A stretch of 64,000 nt of DNA from an uncultured Bacteroidota bacterium (GCA_913041125.1 CAJWHM010000001.1:29698-93697), one strand, 5' to 3'. Numbered from the stretch's first letter, positions 1 through 10,826 are shown. The notes: generated by a model from the sequence alone, not told the origin. A program made the numbers and translations.

Positions 1-1
1 T

Positions 2-199
2 AAAATTGAAGCAGCAAAAAAGAAAATTGAATGGGGTTCTCAAATAAGAAACTATGTCATGCATCCGTATAAATTAGTTAAAGACGTTAGATCACAACAT
101 GAAACAACTGATATTGATGGAGTGATGAATGGAGAAATTGATTCATTTTTAAAGGCATATTTAATGACTATGGGACAAAAGAATTTAAATAATTTTTAA
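2..199 (+). CDS. prfB: peptide chain release factor 2, C-terminal fragment (5' end outside window)
   Basis: Frame-2 translation ...[46 protein letters not shown]...NNF* matches the conserved RF2 C-terminus. Stop TAA 197-199 overlaps the next ATG (TAATG). Confidence 0.85.
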   Translation, partial: KIEAAKKKIEWGSQIRNYVMHPYKLVKDVRSQHETTDIDGVMNGEIDSFLKAYLMTMGQKNLNNF

Positions 200-813
200 T
201 GAAAATAAACAACATTATTTTTGACTTAGGTGGGGTTTTAATTGATTGGAATCCTGACTATGTTTTTCTCAACGAGTTTCAGGGAAATAAAGAAAAAATG
301 AAAGAATTTTACAATAAAGTTTGCACTTTTGATTGGAATGAAAATCAAGATGCAGGATATCCTTTAAAAAAAGCTACAGAGGATCGGATAAAACTTTTCC
401 CAGAATATGAAAATTTAATTCAAATGTATTACGGAAGATGGGAAGAAATGCTTGGTGGTGCAATAGAAGATTCAGTTTCAATCTTAAAGAAAATTGTAAA
501 AAACACAAATTACAAAGTAATAGCTTTAACAAATTGGAGTGCTGAAACTTTTCCTATTGCACTAAAAAGATATGATTTTCTTCATTGGTTTGAGGGAATT
601 GTAGTGTCAGGTACAGAAAAAACAAGAAAACCTTTTAAAAAAATTTACTATTTAACACTAGAAAGGTATAATTTAAAAGCTGCAAACTCATTATTTATAG
701 ATGACAATGAAAGAAACATATTTGCAGCTAAAGAAATTGGAATTAATACAATAAAATTTAATAATCCATCTCAATTAGAAAATGATTTAAAACTAATGGG
801 AGTAATTAAATAA
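199..813 (+). CDS. HAD-superfamily hydrolase (subfamily IA-like)
   Basis: N-terminal motif I IIFDLGGVLIDW, later LTNWS and FIDDN motifs typical of HAD phosphatases. Confidence 0.8.
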   Translation: MKINNIIFDLGGVLIDWNPDYVFLNEFQGNKEKMKEFYNKVCTFDWNENQDAGYPLKKATEDRIKLFPEYENLIQMYYGRWEEMLGGAIEDSVSILKKIVKNTNYKVIALTNWSAETFPIALKRYDFLHWFEGIVVSGTEKTRKPFKKIYYLTLERYNLKAANSLFIDDNERNIFAAKEIGINTIKFNNPSQLENDLKLMGVIK

Positions 814-1331
814 TGGATTTAAATTTTGAAAGGATTCGAAATGACAAACTAGATATTTTAAGGGATATTTCTGTAAAAACATTTATTGAAACTTTTGCAT
901 CTCAAAATAAAGAAGAAAATATTAAACAATATCTAGATGCAAAAATGAGTCTTGCCAACTTAAAAAAGGAACTCAATAATATGAATTCCTATTTTTATTT
1001 TATTATAGTTAATAACAAAATAATAGGCTACACAAAACTAAATTTTGGATCTGCACAAACTGAAGAAATTTTTATTGATAAAGCTTTTGAGGTTGAAAGA
1101 ATATATCTTTTATCTAAACATTCAAGAAAAGGTTACGGAAGAAAGGCGTTTGAAAATATTTTTCAAATTGGAAGGAAAAAAGGTTATAAGAAAATTTGGT
1201 TAGGGGTTTGGGAATATAATAAAAATGCGATTGAATTTTACAAACACATGGGATTCAAAATGTTTTCTAAACATTCATTTTTATTAGGCGATGATAATCA
1301 AACTGATCTTTTATTGAAAATAGATATTTAA
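813..1331 (+). CDS. GNAT family N-acetyltransferase
   Basis: 172 aa. Acetyl-CoA binding-like motif RKGYGRKAFENI followed by NKNAIEFYKHMGF, typical of GNAT folds. ATGA-type overlap with the upstream gene. Confidence 0.75.
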   Translation: MDLNFERIRNDKLDILRDISVKTFIETFASQNKEENIKQYLDAKMSLANLKKELNNMNSYFYFIIVNNKIIGYTKLNFGSAQTEEIFIDKAFEVERIYLLSKHSRKGYGRKAFENIFQIGRKKGYKKIWLGVWEYNKNAIEFYKHMGFKMFSKHSFLLGDDNQTDLLLKIDI

Positions 1332-1335
1332 TAAT

Positions 1336-2868
1336 TTAAAAAGGCGATTCAGTTTCATCATCATCTGATTGACCAAATATGTCATCTGGTTTTGGAAAAT
1401 TGTCACTTGATATTTTATCCAAACTTGGATTCATTTTTGAATGAAATTCAAATGGAGCGTCGAAAGTGTCCATATCTTCAAATTTTCCTAAATGAGCAAT
1501 AAATTTTAGACGAATATTATCCAATCCACCATTTCTATGCTTTGCAACTATAAGTTCCGCTTGACCTTCTGCTGGGGAGTGATCCACATCATCCCATTCG
1601 TCTATATTATAATATTCTGGACGATAAATAAATGAAACTATATCTGCATCTTGCTCAATTGCTCCTGACTCTCTGAGGTCAGATAACATAGGTCTTTTTG
1701 TTCCACCTCTTGTTTCAACTGCTCGAGACAACTGTGATAGAGCTATTACAGGTATGTTTAATTCTTTTGATAATGCCTTTAAATTTCTAGAGATTATAGA
1801 AATTTCTTGCTCTCTATTTCCTGCTCTATTGGATGAACCTACCGTCATTAATTGAAGGTAATCAACAATTATTAATTTAATTCCATGCTGAGATGCAAGT
1901 CTTCTTGATTTTGCACGCAAGTCAAATATAGATAATGATGGTGTATCATCTATGTATAAAGGAGCTTTTTCTAAATCTGTTACTTTAACATTAAGTTGTT
2001 GCCATTCATGATTTGCAAGTTTACCTGTTCTAAGTTTTTCAGATGATAAACCAGTCTCAGCAGAAATTAAACGGGTTATTAATTGAACTGAAGACATTTC
2101 TAATGAAAAGAAGGCAACAGGAATTTCTTTAATAACAGCTATATTTCTTGCCATTGATAATGTTAATGCAGTTTTTCCCATCCCTGGTCTAGCAGCGATA
2201 ATAATCAAATCACTTGGTTGCCACCCGGAAGTCAACTTATCTAATTTTTCAAAACCAGTACTAATACCACTTAAACCTTCTCTCTTAGAAATATCCTCGA
2301 TTCGCTTTTTTGCTTCTAAGACCAAATTTTGGGCAGACTCTGATGATTTTTTTATATTTCCCTGAGTTACATCATATAGTTTAGATTCAGCTTCATCTAA
2401 TAAATCAAAAACATCAGTACTATCTTTGTAAGCATTTTCGATAATTTCATTTGAAATCCTAATTAAACTACGCTGAATAAATTTTTGTAAAATAATACGC
2501 GCATGAAATTCTATGTGAGCAGATGATGCAACTCTTTGAGAAAGCTGTACTAAATAAAATTCCCCTCCTACAGACTCGAGTCTTCCGGTTTTTCTTAAAG
2601 CAGCTGAAACAGTCAATAAGTCTATTGGTTCAGAATCATGAAATAGTTGATAAATAGTTTCGAAAATGTATTTATGAGGTAATTTGTAAAATGCTTCAGG
2701 CTGCAAAAGATCAATTACTTCATCAACTCCTTTTTTATCTATCAACATTGCTCCTAAAACTGCCTCCTCAAGGTCAGTTGCTTGAGGTGGTATTTTACCC
2801 TGCTGAAGATCAATAACAGATGGGTTATTAGCAATTTTTTTAAGCCCTAAATGTTTTTTTTCTTCCAT
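1336..2868 (-). CDS. dnaB: replicative DNA helicase DnaB
   Basis: 510 aa. PPQATDLEEAVLGAML N-domain, Walker A ARPGMGKT, SLEMS, IIVDYLQLM and VIALSQLSR motifs. Confidence 0.95.
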   Translation of the reverse strand: MEEKKHLGLKKIANNPSVIDLQQGKIPPQATDLEEAVLGAMLIDKKGVDEVIDLLQPEAFYKLPHKYIFETIYQLFHDSEPIDLLTVSAALRKTGRLESVGGEFYLVQLSQRVASSAHIEFHARIILQKFIQRSLIRISNEIIENAYKDSTDVFDLLDEAESKLYDVTQGNIKKSSESAQNLVLEAKKRIEDISKREGLSGISTGFEKLDKLTSGWQPSDLIIIAARPGMGKTALTLSMARNIAVIKEIPVAFFSLEMSSVQLITRLISAETGLSSEKLRTGKLANHEWQQLNVKVTDLEKAPLYIDDTPSLSIFDLRAKSRRLASQHGIKLIIVDYLQLMTVGSSNRAGNREQEISIISRNLKALSKELNIPVIALSQLSRAVETRGGTKRPMLSDLRESGAIEQDADIVSFIYRPEYYNIDEWDDVDHSPAEGQAELIVAKHRNGGLDNIRLKFIAHLGKFEDMDTFDAPFEFHSKMNPSLDKISSDNFPKPDDIFGQSDDDETESPF

Positions 2869-2972
2869 GTTATAAAAGTAAGGACTTATATAATAAGTTT
2901 TAATAAAGTTTATCTTCTAACTATGAAGAAATGGATGTTTATAAGTGACAAAAAATTGTTAAAAACAAAAAA

Positions 2973-3926
2973 TTATTCTGAAACATTACCCATTGAAATA
3001 AATTTTTTACGTCGTTTGTCAATTCTTTCTTTTGTATTTAATTTTTTAATTCTTTTAAATGAAGAAAGTATTTCTTTTTTTACTTGATTAAAAGTTTCTT
3101 CTTTATCATAATGAGCTCCGCCCAAAGGTTCTTTAATTATTTTGTCAATCAATTTATTTTTAAGCATGTCTTTGGATGTTAATTTCAGCGCTTCAGCAGC
3201 ATTTTCTTTATATTCCCAACTTCTCCAAAGTATAGAGGAACAAGACTCTGGTGAAATAACTGAATACCAAGTATTTTCTAACATAAATATTTCGTCTCCA
3301 ACTCCTATACCTAAGGCTCCTCCAGATGCCCCTTCACCAATTATTATTACAATTATTGGAACAGATAAAGACATCATTTCGTATATGTTTCTAGCAATAG
3401 CCTCTCCTTGTCCTCGCTCCTCGGCTTCTAAACCTGGAAATGCCCCAGGTGTATCTACAAGTGTCACTATAGGGATATTAAATTTATCAGCAGATTTCAT
3501 TAATCTAAGGGCTTTTCGATAACCTTCTGGATTTGCCATTCCAAAATTTCTGTATTGGCGTGTTTTAGTGTTGTATCCCTTTTGTGTTCCAATAAACATA
3601 AAAGACTGATCTTCAATTTTACCTAAACCGCCAACCATGGCTTTGTCATCCATAACGTTTCTATCACCATGTAGCTCAAGAAAAGTTTGGCCACTTAATG
3701 CATTAATATAATCTAATGTATAGGGTCTTGAGGGGTGTCTTGACAGTTGTACTCTTTGCCATGCGGATAAATTACAATATATTTCTTCTTTCTTTTTTTT
3801 TAGTTTTTTTTCTATTTGAAGGCATGTTTCAGAAACATCTATCTTGCTTTCCTCACCTATTAACTTACATTTTTCAAGTTGATCATGTAATTCTTTAATA
3901 GGTAATTCAAAATCTAAGTATTCCAT
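2973..3926 (-). CDS. accA: acetyl-CoA carboxylase carboxyltransferase alpha subunit
   Basis: 317 aa. LDFELPI..., [35 protein letters not shown] and [10 protein letters not shown] motifs. Confidence 0.95.
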   Translation of the reverse strand: MEYLDFELPIKELHDQLEKCKLIGEESKIDVSETCLQIEKKLKKKKEEIYCNLSAWQRVQLSRHPSRPYTLDYINALSGQTFLELHGDRNVMDDKAMVGGLGKIEDQSFMFIGTQKGYNTKTRQYRNFGMANPEGYRKALRLMKSADKFNIPIVTLVDTPGAFPGLEAEERGQGEAIARNIYEMMSLSVPIIVIIIGEGASGGALGIGVGDEIFMLENTWYSVISPESCSSILWRSWEYKENAAEALKLTSKDMLKNKLIDKIIKEPLGGAHYDKEETFNQVKKEILSSFKRIKKLNTKERIDKRRKKFISMGNVSE

Positions 3927-3968
3927 AATGATACATTATTACAAATTTAAAAATTCTTTACAATAGCT

Positions 3969-4856
3969 CTAATTATTATTCATTCTAAATTTCTTGTAGA
4001 GAGCACTTAAGAATATTGATCCCATAACAATCAAAAAACCTAAATAAAAGCTTGTACTTAAAAAAGACTTTTCTTTCCATATAACTAAAGATAGTAAAAC
4101 ACCATAAATTGGTTCGAGATTAATCACCATCATTACTGTAAATGGTGATAAATATTTCATAACTTTTATTGACAAATTAAAAGCAAAAGAAGTACCAACT
4201 AATCCTAAAATAAGCAACCATAATAAATCCATACCAGATATCTTAAAACTTTCAATATTGATATTATCAGAAAAACATGATAAAATTAAACCTAAAAATG
4301 ACCCAATAGTTAATTCATAAAATGATAAAGTTATAGGCCTTGCTTTTTTTACCATTTGTCCATTTAATATTGTAAATAGAGCTGACAAAAAAGCTGATAA
4401 AAACGCTATAGTAATACCAAAAAAATGTTCAAATTCTGCTTGATATATTACACCAATTCCAACTGCTGCAAATCCACCAAAAAAAACTTCATGTTTTAGT
4501 ATTTTCCTTCCATTTAATAAAGGATCTATTAATGCTGTAATCAAAGCTCCTGACGCCATCATACTTAGAGTTAAAGAAACACCAGCAATTTTTATAGCAT
4601 AAAAGAAAGTAAACCAATGTAAACCAATAAAAAATCCACCTAAAATAACTTTACCCCACATTGAACGATTTAAATAAAAATATTTTGGATTTATAATTAA
4701 AAAATAAACTGCAAGTCCAACAAAAGCAATAGACATTCTATATATTGTAAGCGGTAAAGCATCTATGGAGATTAGTTTACCAAGAATAGAGGCAAATCCA
4801 AAAATAATTACCAAAAAATGATATATTAAAAGATTCTTATTTTTATCGTTTAGCAT
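3969..4856 (-). CDS. DMT/EamA-family transporter
   Basis: 295 aa, about 10 predicted TM helices, duplicated EamA-like halves. Confidence 0.7.
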   Translation of the reverse strand: MLNDKNKNLLIYHFLVIIFGFASILGKLISIDALPLTIYRMSIAFVGLAVYFLIINPKYFYLNRSMWGKVILGGFFIGLHWFTFFYAIKIAGVSLTLSMMASGALITALIDPLLNGRKILKHEVFFGGFAAVGIGVIYQAEFEHFFGITIAFLSAFLSALFTILNGQMVKKARPITLSFYELTIGSFLGLILSCFSDNINIESFKISGMDLLWLLILGLVGTSFAFNLSIKVMKYLSPFTVMMVINLEPIYGVLLSLVIWKEKSFLSTSFYLGFLIVMGSIFLSALYKKFRMNNN

Positions 4857-5916
4857 TTCTCAATAAAAAAAAAGCCAATAGGCCAAAAATAAATAATGGA
4901 AGCCATGCAGCAATAAATGGTGAAAATGAAGATTTATTTACCATAACTCCAAAAATTTTATCAAAAAAAATGAATAGAAAGCCGAGTGTAATACCAAAGG
5001 CTAGGTTTACTCCCATACCTCCTCGACGCTTGAATGATGATACAGAAACTGCGATTAGAGTTAGTATAAAGGCTGAAATTGGTATACTCCATCTTTTATG
5101 CCTAACTAAAAGATGGTTATTAATTAAGGATGACCCCCTTAACCTTTCATCTTTTATAAATTGATTAAGATCTGAAAAAGTTAGAGTTTCAGCTATATAA
5201 TTTACAGGTGCTAAATCATTAATATTAAAATCAAAAATCGTGTCTTTACGAATGCTAGTTTCCAAAATTTCTTTATCACCTAGAAAAACTCTTTTTTTAT
5301 AATTAAACATTCTAAACAGACTATCTTTCTCTATCCATCTAATCCTTCTGGAACTTATTTTGAAATTCAATTTATTCTCGTTAAAATTTTCTAGTGTAAA
5401 ATCAGAAGCTTGTTTTCTGATCGGATCATAGTTGTTTACGTATATAAATTCATCATCATTAATTTGCAAAAAAACCTTATCAGTATTTCTTGCTTCTTTT
5501 TTAACTAAATATTTGTATCGAAAGTCATTAAATCCTTGATTTGATTTTGGAACTATATACATTCCAGCAAAAAAAGCGAAAAGTGCTATTAAAGTTGCAC
5601 TAATTAAAAATGGACGAAGAAATCTAAAAAATGAAATTCCTGAACTTAATATTGCTATTACCTCTGTATTATTTGCTAGTCTTGAAGTAAACCATATAAC
5701 AGAGAGAAATAAAAAAATAGGAAAAAGAAGATTCGCAAAATACCAAGTGAAATCAACATAATAATCAAAAATAGCCAATAAAGGAACTTCCTTTTCTTTT
5801 ATTTTGTCAATTTTTTCTGCTAAATCTACCATTATACCTATTGGAATAAATAATAAAATCATTACAAAAAAAGTGCCTAAATAACGTTTAATTATGTAAG
5901 AATCAATTAGTTTCAT
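4843..5916 (-). CDS. LptF/LptG (YjgP/YjgQ) family permease
   Basis: 357 aa. MKLIDSYIIKRYLGTF N-terminus and TM-periplasmic domain-TM layout characteristic of the LPS export permease family. Confidence 0.8.
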   Translation of the reverse strand: MKLIDSYIIKRYLGTFFVMILLFIPIGIMVDLAEKIDKIKEKEVPLLAIFDYYVDFTWYFANLLFPIFLFLSVIWFTSRLANNTEVIAILSSGISFFRFLRPFLISATLIALFAFFAGMYIVPKSNQGFNDFRYKYLVKKEARNTDKVFLQINDDEFIYVNNYDPIRKQASDFTLENFNENKLNFKISSRRIRWIEKDSLFRMFNYKKRVFLGDKEILETSIRKDTIFDFNINDLAPVNYIAETLTFSDLNQFIKDERLRGSSLINNHLLVRHKRWSIPISAFILTLIAVSVSSFKRRGGMGVNLAFGITLGFLFIFFDKIFGVMVNKSSFSPFIAAWLPLFIFGLLAFFLLRNAKR

Positions 5917-7047
5917 CTATAAACGAATTTGTAATTGCCTAACCATTTTTTCTTTCCAAATTCTAAAATTACCTTCTAAAATTTTATTTCTTGCTTCACG
6001 AACTAACCAAAGATAAAAACTCAAATTATGAATTGTTGCAATTTGTTTGCCTAGCATTTCGTTAACAGTAAATAGATGTCTGAGATAAGCTTTTGTATAA
6101 TCTGTATCTACAAAGCTGTAATTTGAATTGTCTAGGAGAGTAAAATCACTTTTCCATTTTTCATTTTTGATATTTATAATACCATCTGAGGTAAATATCA
6201 TCCCGTTTCGTGCATTTCTGGTAGGTAAAACACAATCAAACATGTCAACTCCAATCGCAATATTTTCTAAAAGATTCGCTGGGGTGCCAACTCCCATTAA
6301 ATATCGTGGTTTATTTTTAGGTAAAATTTCACACACCTCGTAAGCCATTGAGTACATTTCTTCAGAGGGTTCACCTACTGATAATCCTCCTATAGCATTT
6401 CCTGCTGCATTTTTTTCTGAAATAAAATGAGCAGACTCTTTTCTTAATTCTGCGTATGTACTCCCTTGAACTATTGGAAAAAGTGTCTGTTCATAATCAT
6501 AATTGTAAGAATATTTTTTATTAGCTTCAATGCAACGATCAAGCCACCTGTGAGTTCTTTCCATTGAGCTTTTAGCATAATTATATTCACAAGGAAATGG
6601 TGTGCACTCATCAAATGCCATTATTATATCAGCACCAATAAGTCTTTGAATTTCAATAGCATTCTCTGGTGTAAATAAATGATAAGAACCATCAATGTGA
6701 GATTTGAACTTAACACCATTTTCTTTAATTTTTCTATTTGTAGAAAGAGAATAAACTTGATAACCTCCAGAGTCAGTTAATATTGGTCTGTCCCAACCCA
6801 TAAATTTATGAATACCCCCTGCTCTATTAATAATTTTTGTTCCAGGACGGAGATACAAATGATATGTATTCCCGAGTATAATATCTGAATTAATTACGTT
6901 TTTTAAATCTCTCTGATGGACTCCTTTTACTGTTGCTAGAGTCCCTACTGGCATAAAGATTGGAGTCTCTATTTTTCCGTGATCTGTAGTTATTTGGCCT
7001 GCACGAGCATTTGTTTTACTATCAGTAGTTAGGAGTTTAAATTTCAT
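5917..7047 (-). CDS. tgt: tRNA-guanosine(34) transglycosylase
   Basis: 376 aa. TPIFMPVGT, LTDSGGYQV, AFDEC and GLSVGEP motifs. Confidence 0.95.
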   Translation of the reverse strand: MKFKLLTTDSKTNARAGQITTDHGKIETPIFMPVGTLATVKGVHQRDLKNVINSDIILGNTYHLYLRPGTKIINRAGGIHKFMGWDRPILTDSGGYQVYSLSTNRKIKENGVKFKSHIDGSYHLFTPENAIEIQRLIGADIIMAFDECTPFPCEYNYAKSSMERTHRWLDRCIEANKKYSYNYDYEQTLFPIVQGSTYAELRKESAHFISEKNAAGNAIGGLSVGEPSEEMYSMAYEVCEILPKNKPRYLMGVGTPANLLENIAIGVDMFDCVLPTRNARNGMIFTSDGIINIKNEKWKSDFTLLDNSNYSFVDTDYTKAYLRHLFTVNEMLGKQIATIHNLSFYLWLVREARNKILEGNFRIWKEKMVRQLQIRL

Positions 7048-7142
7048 CTGCTACAAATATAATATACAATTAATGAACTAAGCGTTCGAAAATTATTGTT
7101 AATTACTTCTTAAATTATGCCAACAAAAAAAAGAAATAGCAC

Positions 7143-7173
7143 TTTGATAATGTATGTACTTGGGTTATTTTTG
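7143..7173 (+). promoter_or_regulatory. candidate Bacteroidota sigma-A promoter for the transketolase genes
   Basis: TTTG (7143-7146), 19 nt, then TATTTTTG (7166-7173) fits the -33 TTTG / -7 TAnnTTTG consensus. It ends 18 nt before ATG 7191. Confidence 0.5.
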
Positions 7174-7190
7174 TTTTACAACTTATTAAG

Positions 7191-8036
7191 ATGCCAGATT
7201 TAAAATTACTTGAAAAAACAACAATACAAGTAAGAAGAGATATATTAAGAATGGTTCATAAAGTTAATTCTGGTCATCCTGGAGGATCACTAGGTTGTGC
7301 TGAATTTTTTGTATCTCTTTTTTTTGATCAATTGGAATTCACCCTGCCTTTTAAGATTGATGGTAAAAACGAAGATATTTTTTTTCTCTCAAATGGTCAC
7401 ATATCACCAGTTTTTTACAGTGTTTTAGCTCGTAGAGGATTTTTTCCTATAGAAGAGCTTAATACTTTTCGATTAATTAATTCGAGATTACAGGGTCACC
7501 CTACTACACACGAAGGTCTTCCTGGTATTAGAGTAGCTTCTGGCTCATTAGGTCAGGGATTGTCTGTAGCAATTGGATCTGCATTAACAAAAAAATTAGA
7601 TAAAGACTCTAAAACAGTTTTTGTGTTGATGGGAGATGGAGAGTTACAGGAAGGACAAAATTGGGAAGCTATTATGTACGCAGCTGCTAATAAAGTAGAC
7701 AACCTCATTGCTACTATTGATCTTAATGGAAGACAAATAGATGGAAATACCGATGATGTACTAGACTTGGGTGACCTAAACAATAAATTTATTTCATTTG
7801 GATGGGAGGTTATAGAACTAAATGATGGAAATTCAATAAATGAAGTAATCAATAAAATCAAAATAGCTAAAACAAAACTTGGCTATGGAAAACCTATTGT
7901 GATTTTAATGAAAACAGAAATGGGTAATGGAGTTGACTTCATGATGAATACTCATGCCTGGCATGGAAAAGCTCCAAATAATGAACAACTAAAAATAGCA
8001 TTAAGCCAAAATAAAGAAACCATAGGAGATTACTAG
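7191..8036 (+). CDS. transketolase, N-terminal (TPP-binding) subunit
   Basis: 281 aa. SGHPGGSLG, GHISP, GSLGQGLS and GDGELQEGQNWEA motifs. Split-type transketolase. Confidence 0.9.
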   Translation: MPDLKLLEKTTIQVRRDILRMVHKVNSGHPGGSLGCAEFFVSLFFDQLEFTLPFKIDGKNEDIFFLSNGHISPVFYSVLARRGFFPIEELNTFRLINSRLQGHPTTHEGLPGIRVASGSLGQGLSVAIGSALTKKLDKDSKTVFVLMGDGELQEGQNWEAIMYAAANKVDNLIATIDLNGRQIDGNTDDVLDLGDLNNKFISFGWEVIELNDGNSINEVINKIKIAKTKLGYGKPIVILMKTEMGNGVDFMMNTHAWHGKAPNNEQLKIALSQNKETIGDY

Positions 8037-8053
8037 TCTTCGTACAAACTTAA

Positions 8054-9007
8054 ATGATGAATTATATAAATCAAGGAAATAAAGACACTCGTTCAGGTTT
8101 TGGAGAAGGTCTTTATGAATTAGGAAAAACGAATCAAAACGTTGTTGCTCTTTGTGCTGATCTTGTTGGGTCTTTAAAAATGCAAAAATTTATAGATGAA
8201 TATCCTAATCGTTTTTTTCAAATCGGAATTGCTGAAGCTAATATGATGGGAATTGCAGCTGGACTCACTATAGGAGGCAAAATACCTTTTACAGGAACTT
8301 TTGCTAATTTTTCAACAGGTCGTGTATACGATCAAATTAGACAATCAATTGCGTACTCTGGAAAAAATGTTAAGATTTGTGCTTCACATGCTGGATTAAC
8401 ACTTGGAGAAGATGGAGCAACTCACCAAATTTTAGAAGATATTGGATTAATGAAAATGCTCCCAGGTATGACTGTTATAAATACTTGTGATTTTAACCAA
8501 ACAAAAAGTGCAACCCTAGCTGTTGCTGAACATAAAGGCCCTGTATATTTAAGATTCGGACGTCCTTCGGTTCCCAACTTTACAACTGATGATTTAGGTT
8601 TTAAAATCGGAAAAGGAATATTACTTAAGCCTGGAAAAGATGTTACAATTGTAGCAACGGGACACTTAGTTTGGGAATCTTTACAAGCTGCAAAAGAATT
8701 AGAAAAACAAAATATTGATGCTGAAATAATAAATATCCATACCATTAAGCCGCTTGATGATGAAATCATTTTGGAATCAGTAAAAAAAACAGGATGTTTA
8801 GTAAGTGCTGAAGAGCACAATTATCTAGGGGGTCTAGGTGAAAGTATTTCAAGAATAATTGTCAAAAATTATCCATGTCCTATGGAATTTATTGCTACAG
8901 AAGATACTTTCGGAGAATCTGGAACACCATCACAACTAATGAAAAAATATGGCCTAGATAAAGAAGCAATTATTAGAAAAGTATTAATATTAAAAAATCG
9001 AAAATAA
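8054..9007 (+). CDS. transketolase, C-terminal (pyrimidine-binding) subunit
   Basis: 317 aa. FQIGIAEANMMGIAAG, THAG..GEDGATHQ and EEHNYLGGLG motifs. Directly follows the N-terminal subunit. Confidence 0.9.
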   Translation: MMNYINQGNKDTRSGFGEGLYELGKTNQNVVALCADLVGSLKMQKFIDEYPNRFFQIGIAEANMMGIAAGLTIGGKIPFTGTFANFSTGRVYDQIRQSIAYSGKNVKICASHAGLTLGEDGATHQILEDIGLMKMLPGMTVINTCDFNQTKSATLAVAEHKGPVYLRFGRPSVPNFTTDDLGFKIGKGILLKPGKDVTIVATGHLVWESLQAAKELEKQNIDAEIINIHTIKPLDDEIILESVKKTGCLVSAEEHNYLGGLGESISRIIVKNYPCPMEFIATEDTFGESGTPSQLMKKYGLDKEAIIRKVLILKNRK

Positions 9008-9019
9008 ATTCTATTTTAA

Positions 9020-9613
9020 ATGATGAAACTAATAATATCAACATTTCTTATTTTTATAATATCATTTAAGTCCTTTGGTCAGTTAAATTATGGGATAAAG
9101 GCAGGTATAAGTCTTAATGCCTCTGGAGACATTACAAGTGCATCATCCGATTTATCATCTTTAGCTTTAATTAATGAAAATAAAAATGGATATTTTTTTG
9201 GAGGATACGCATCTTTGAAACTTCTTTTTTTGTATTTGCGTCCTGAATTACAATTTTCTTATCTAAATAGTACATTTGAATCAATTTCTTTGAGTCAATC
9301 AAAATTAGAAGCACCTATATCATTAGGTTTCAAATTATTACCCATAATAAGCATTTTTTCAGGTCCTACACTTCAATACAATTTTGAACCCGAAATTGAA
9401 AATTTTAGTTTATCTGCTCTAGAACAAAAGACATCTTTGGGAATTCACTTTGGTTTAAGAGCGCATCTAGGACCACTTAATGCAGATTTAAGATTTGACC
9501 GTGGTATAAACGAAAATGAGCTAAATTTATTGGAACAAAATGGTGTACCAATATCTGGCAGAATTGATACTAGATCCAATGTTTGGAGTATTGGCTTATC
9601 TTATAAACTATAA
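9020..9613 (+). CDS. outer-membrane beta-barrel (porin-family) protein
   Basis: Signal peptide, alternating beta-strand pattern, C-terminal WSIGLSYKL ending in an aromatic or hydrophobic residue. Confidence 0.65.
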   Translation: MMKLIISTFLIFIISFKSFGQLNYGIKAGISLNASGDITSASSDLSSLALINENKNGYFFGGYASLKLLFLYLRPELQFSYLNSTFESISLSQSKLEAPISLGFKLLPIISIFSGPTLQYNFEPEIENFSLSALEQKTSLGIHFGLRAHLGPLNADLRFDRGINENELNLLEQNGVPISGRIDTRSNVWSIGLSYKL

Positions 9614-10405
9614 ATCATCATTATCTAAGTAATCAGGTCTTCCATCTTCATCGTTATCATCAGGGAGTCCATTTCCATCGTTATCATATTCTTCCCCTGA
9701 AGGTATACCATCACCATCATGATCAGTTTCTTTAACTAAAAACATTTTTATTTTAAAAATTAGTGAAGAATATTCAGGTATTAATCCTGAAGCATTATTA
9801 TAATAAGCCAATCTAGATGGCATGAATATAGCTCCATATCCATAATTTTCGAATGTAGTAACGTTATTACTATCAACAGAAAATTCACCTGGTCTTAAAT
9901 TTGGCATCCCCTCTCTAAATCCTTGTACAACAGTTGTTAAATCGAACCATATTGGTGCAAAAGATCTATCAAAAAGAGTTTTGTCCAAAAGAATGCCCTC
10001 GTAAGATAAATAAACAGAGTCTGCTTTAGTTGGTGAGTTCCCAATTCCTTCATTTGCAATAAGTGCATAAATAGGGTGCTCAATAGTTTCTCCTTCGTTT
10101 GTTGTATAATTTGCAGTTTGCTTTAATACTTGGTTAATTAAAGGTATTTTATTTGAATTTTCGGCACTTATTGTATCAAAAACTAATTCTGGAATAATAT
10201 CATTATTTTGGAATTCTTCATAATTATAGAAATGTGTGGATAAAAAAGTTTCAATGTTATTCTTATCCTGGATGACTTGATCGGACTCCTCTCTTGGTGG
10301 AATGATTTCATTTTCGTCATTATTGCAAGACAAAACGAAAAAAATAAAAAGTAGGGTGTAAATTATTTTTTTCAAGAATTTTTTTTTTGATCGTGAAAGA
10401 TACAA
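9608..10405 (-). CDS. FKBP-type peptidyl-prolyl isomerase-like lipoprotein with Asp-rich Ca-binding-like tail
   Basis: Lipobox LSC. VYLSYEGILLD..FD.S..PIWFDL..VVQGFREGM...MPSRLAYY....IPEYSSLIFKIKM follows the FKBP domain pattern. C-terminal tail is DHDGDGIPSGEEYDNDGNGLPDDNDEDGRPDYLDNDD. Confidence 0.65.
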   Translation of the reverse strand: MYLSRSKKKFLKKIIYTLLFIFFVLSCNNDENEIIPPREESDQVIQDKNNIETFLSTHFYNYEEFQNNDIIPELVFDTISAENSNKIPLINQVLKQTANYTTNEGETIEHPIYALIANEGIGNSPTKADSVYLSYEGILLDKTLFDRSFAPIWFDLTTVVQGFREGMPNLRPGEFSVDSNNVTTFENYGYGAIFMPSRLAYYNNASGLIPEYSSLIFKIKMFLVKETDHDGDGIPSGEEYDNDGNGLPDDNDEDGRPDYLDNDDL

Positions 10406-10445
10406 TTTTCCTTTATTTTTGTTTGAAGTTAGTTAAGATTTATAA

Positions 10446-10826
10446 ATGAGAGTTGATCAATATTTATATAATGTAAGACAATTTAAATCAAGAAATATAG
10501 CTAGTCATGCTTGTAAAAATGGTCACGTTCAGATTAATGATAAAAATGTCAAGCCCTCTAGAGAAGTAGTCCCAACAGATTTGATTAAAATCAGAAAAAA
10601 TCAAATATGGAAAACATTTGAGATTTTTAATTTACCAAAAAATCGTATAAGTGCTAAATTAGTTGCTCTATATTGCATTGAAAAAACAGATAATTCAATT
10701 ATAGAAATCGAAAGTCTAAGAAAGCTTTCGTCAAATATTTTCAGAGAGCAAGGAAGGGGTAGACCTACAAAAAAGGAAAGACGTGAAATTGATAATATAC
10801 GTTTTGATAAAGATTTAAATGATTAA
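10446..10826 (+). CDS. RNA-binding S4 domain protein (Hsp15-like)
   Basis: MRVDQYLYNVRQFKSRNIASHACKNGHVQINDKNVKPS is an S4 alpha-L motif. Confidence 0.75.
   Translation: MRVDQYLYNVRQFKSRNIASHACKNGHVQINDKNVKPSREVVPTDLIKIRKNQIWKTFEIFNLPKNRISAKLVALYCIEKTDNSIIEIESLRKLSSNIFREQGRGRPTKKERREIDNIRFDKDLND

Noticed and set aside
1-199. Programmed +1 frameshift site of prfB.
   Set aside because: The frameshift site lies near the 5' end of prfB, which is outside this window, so it cannot be evaluated.
2851-3087. 78-aa ORF between dnaB and accA.
   Set aside because: It overlaps the starts or ends of both well-supported genes and has an implausible Phe/Ile-rich composition.
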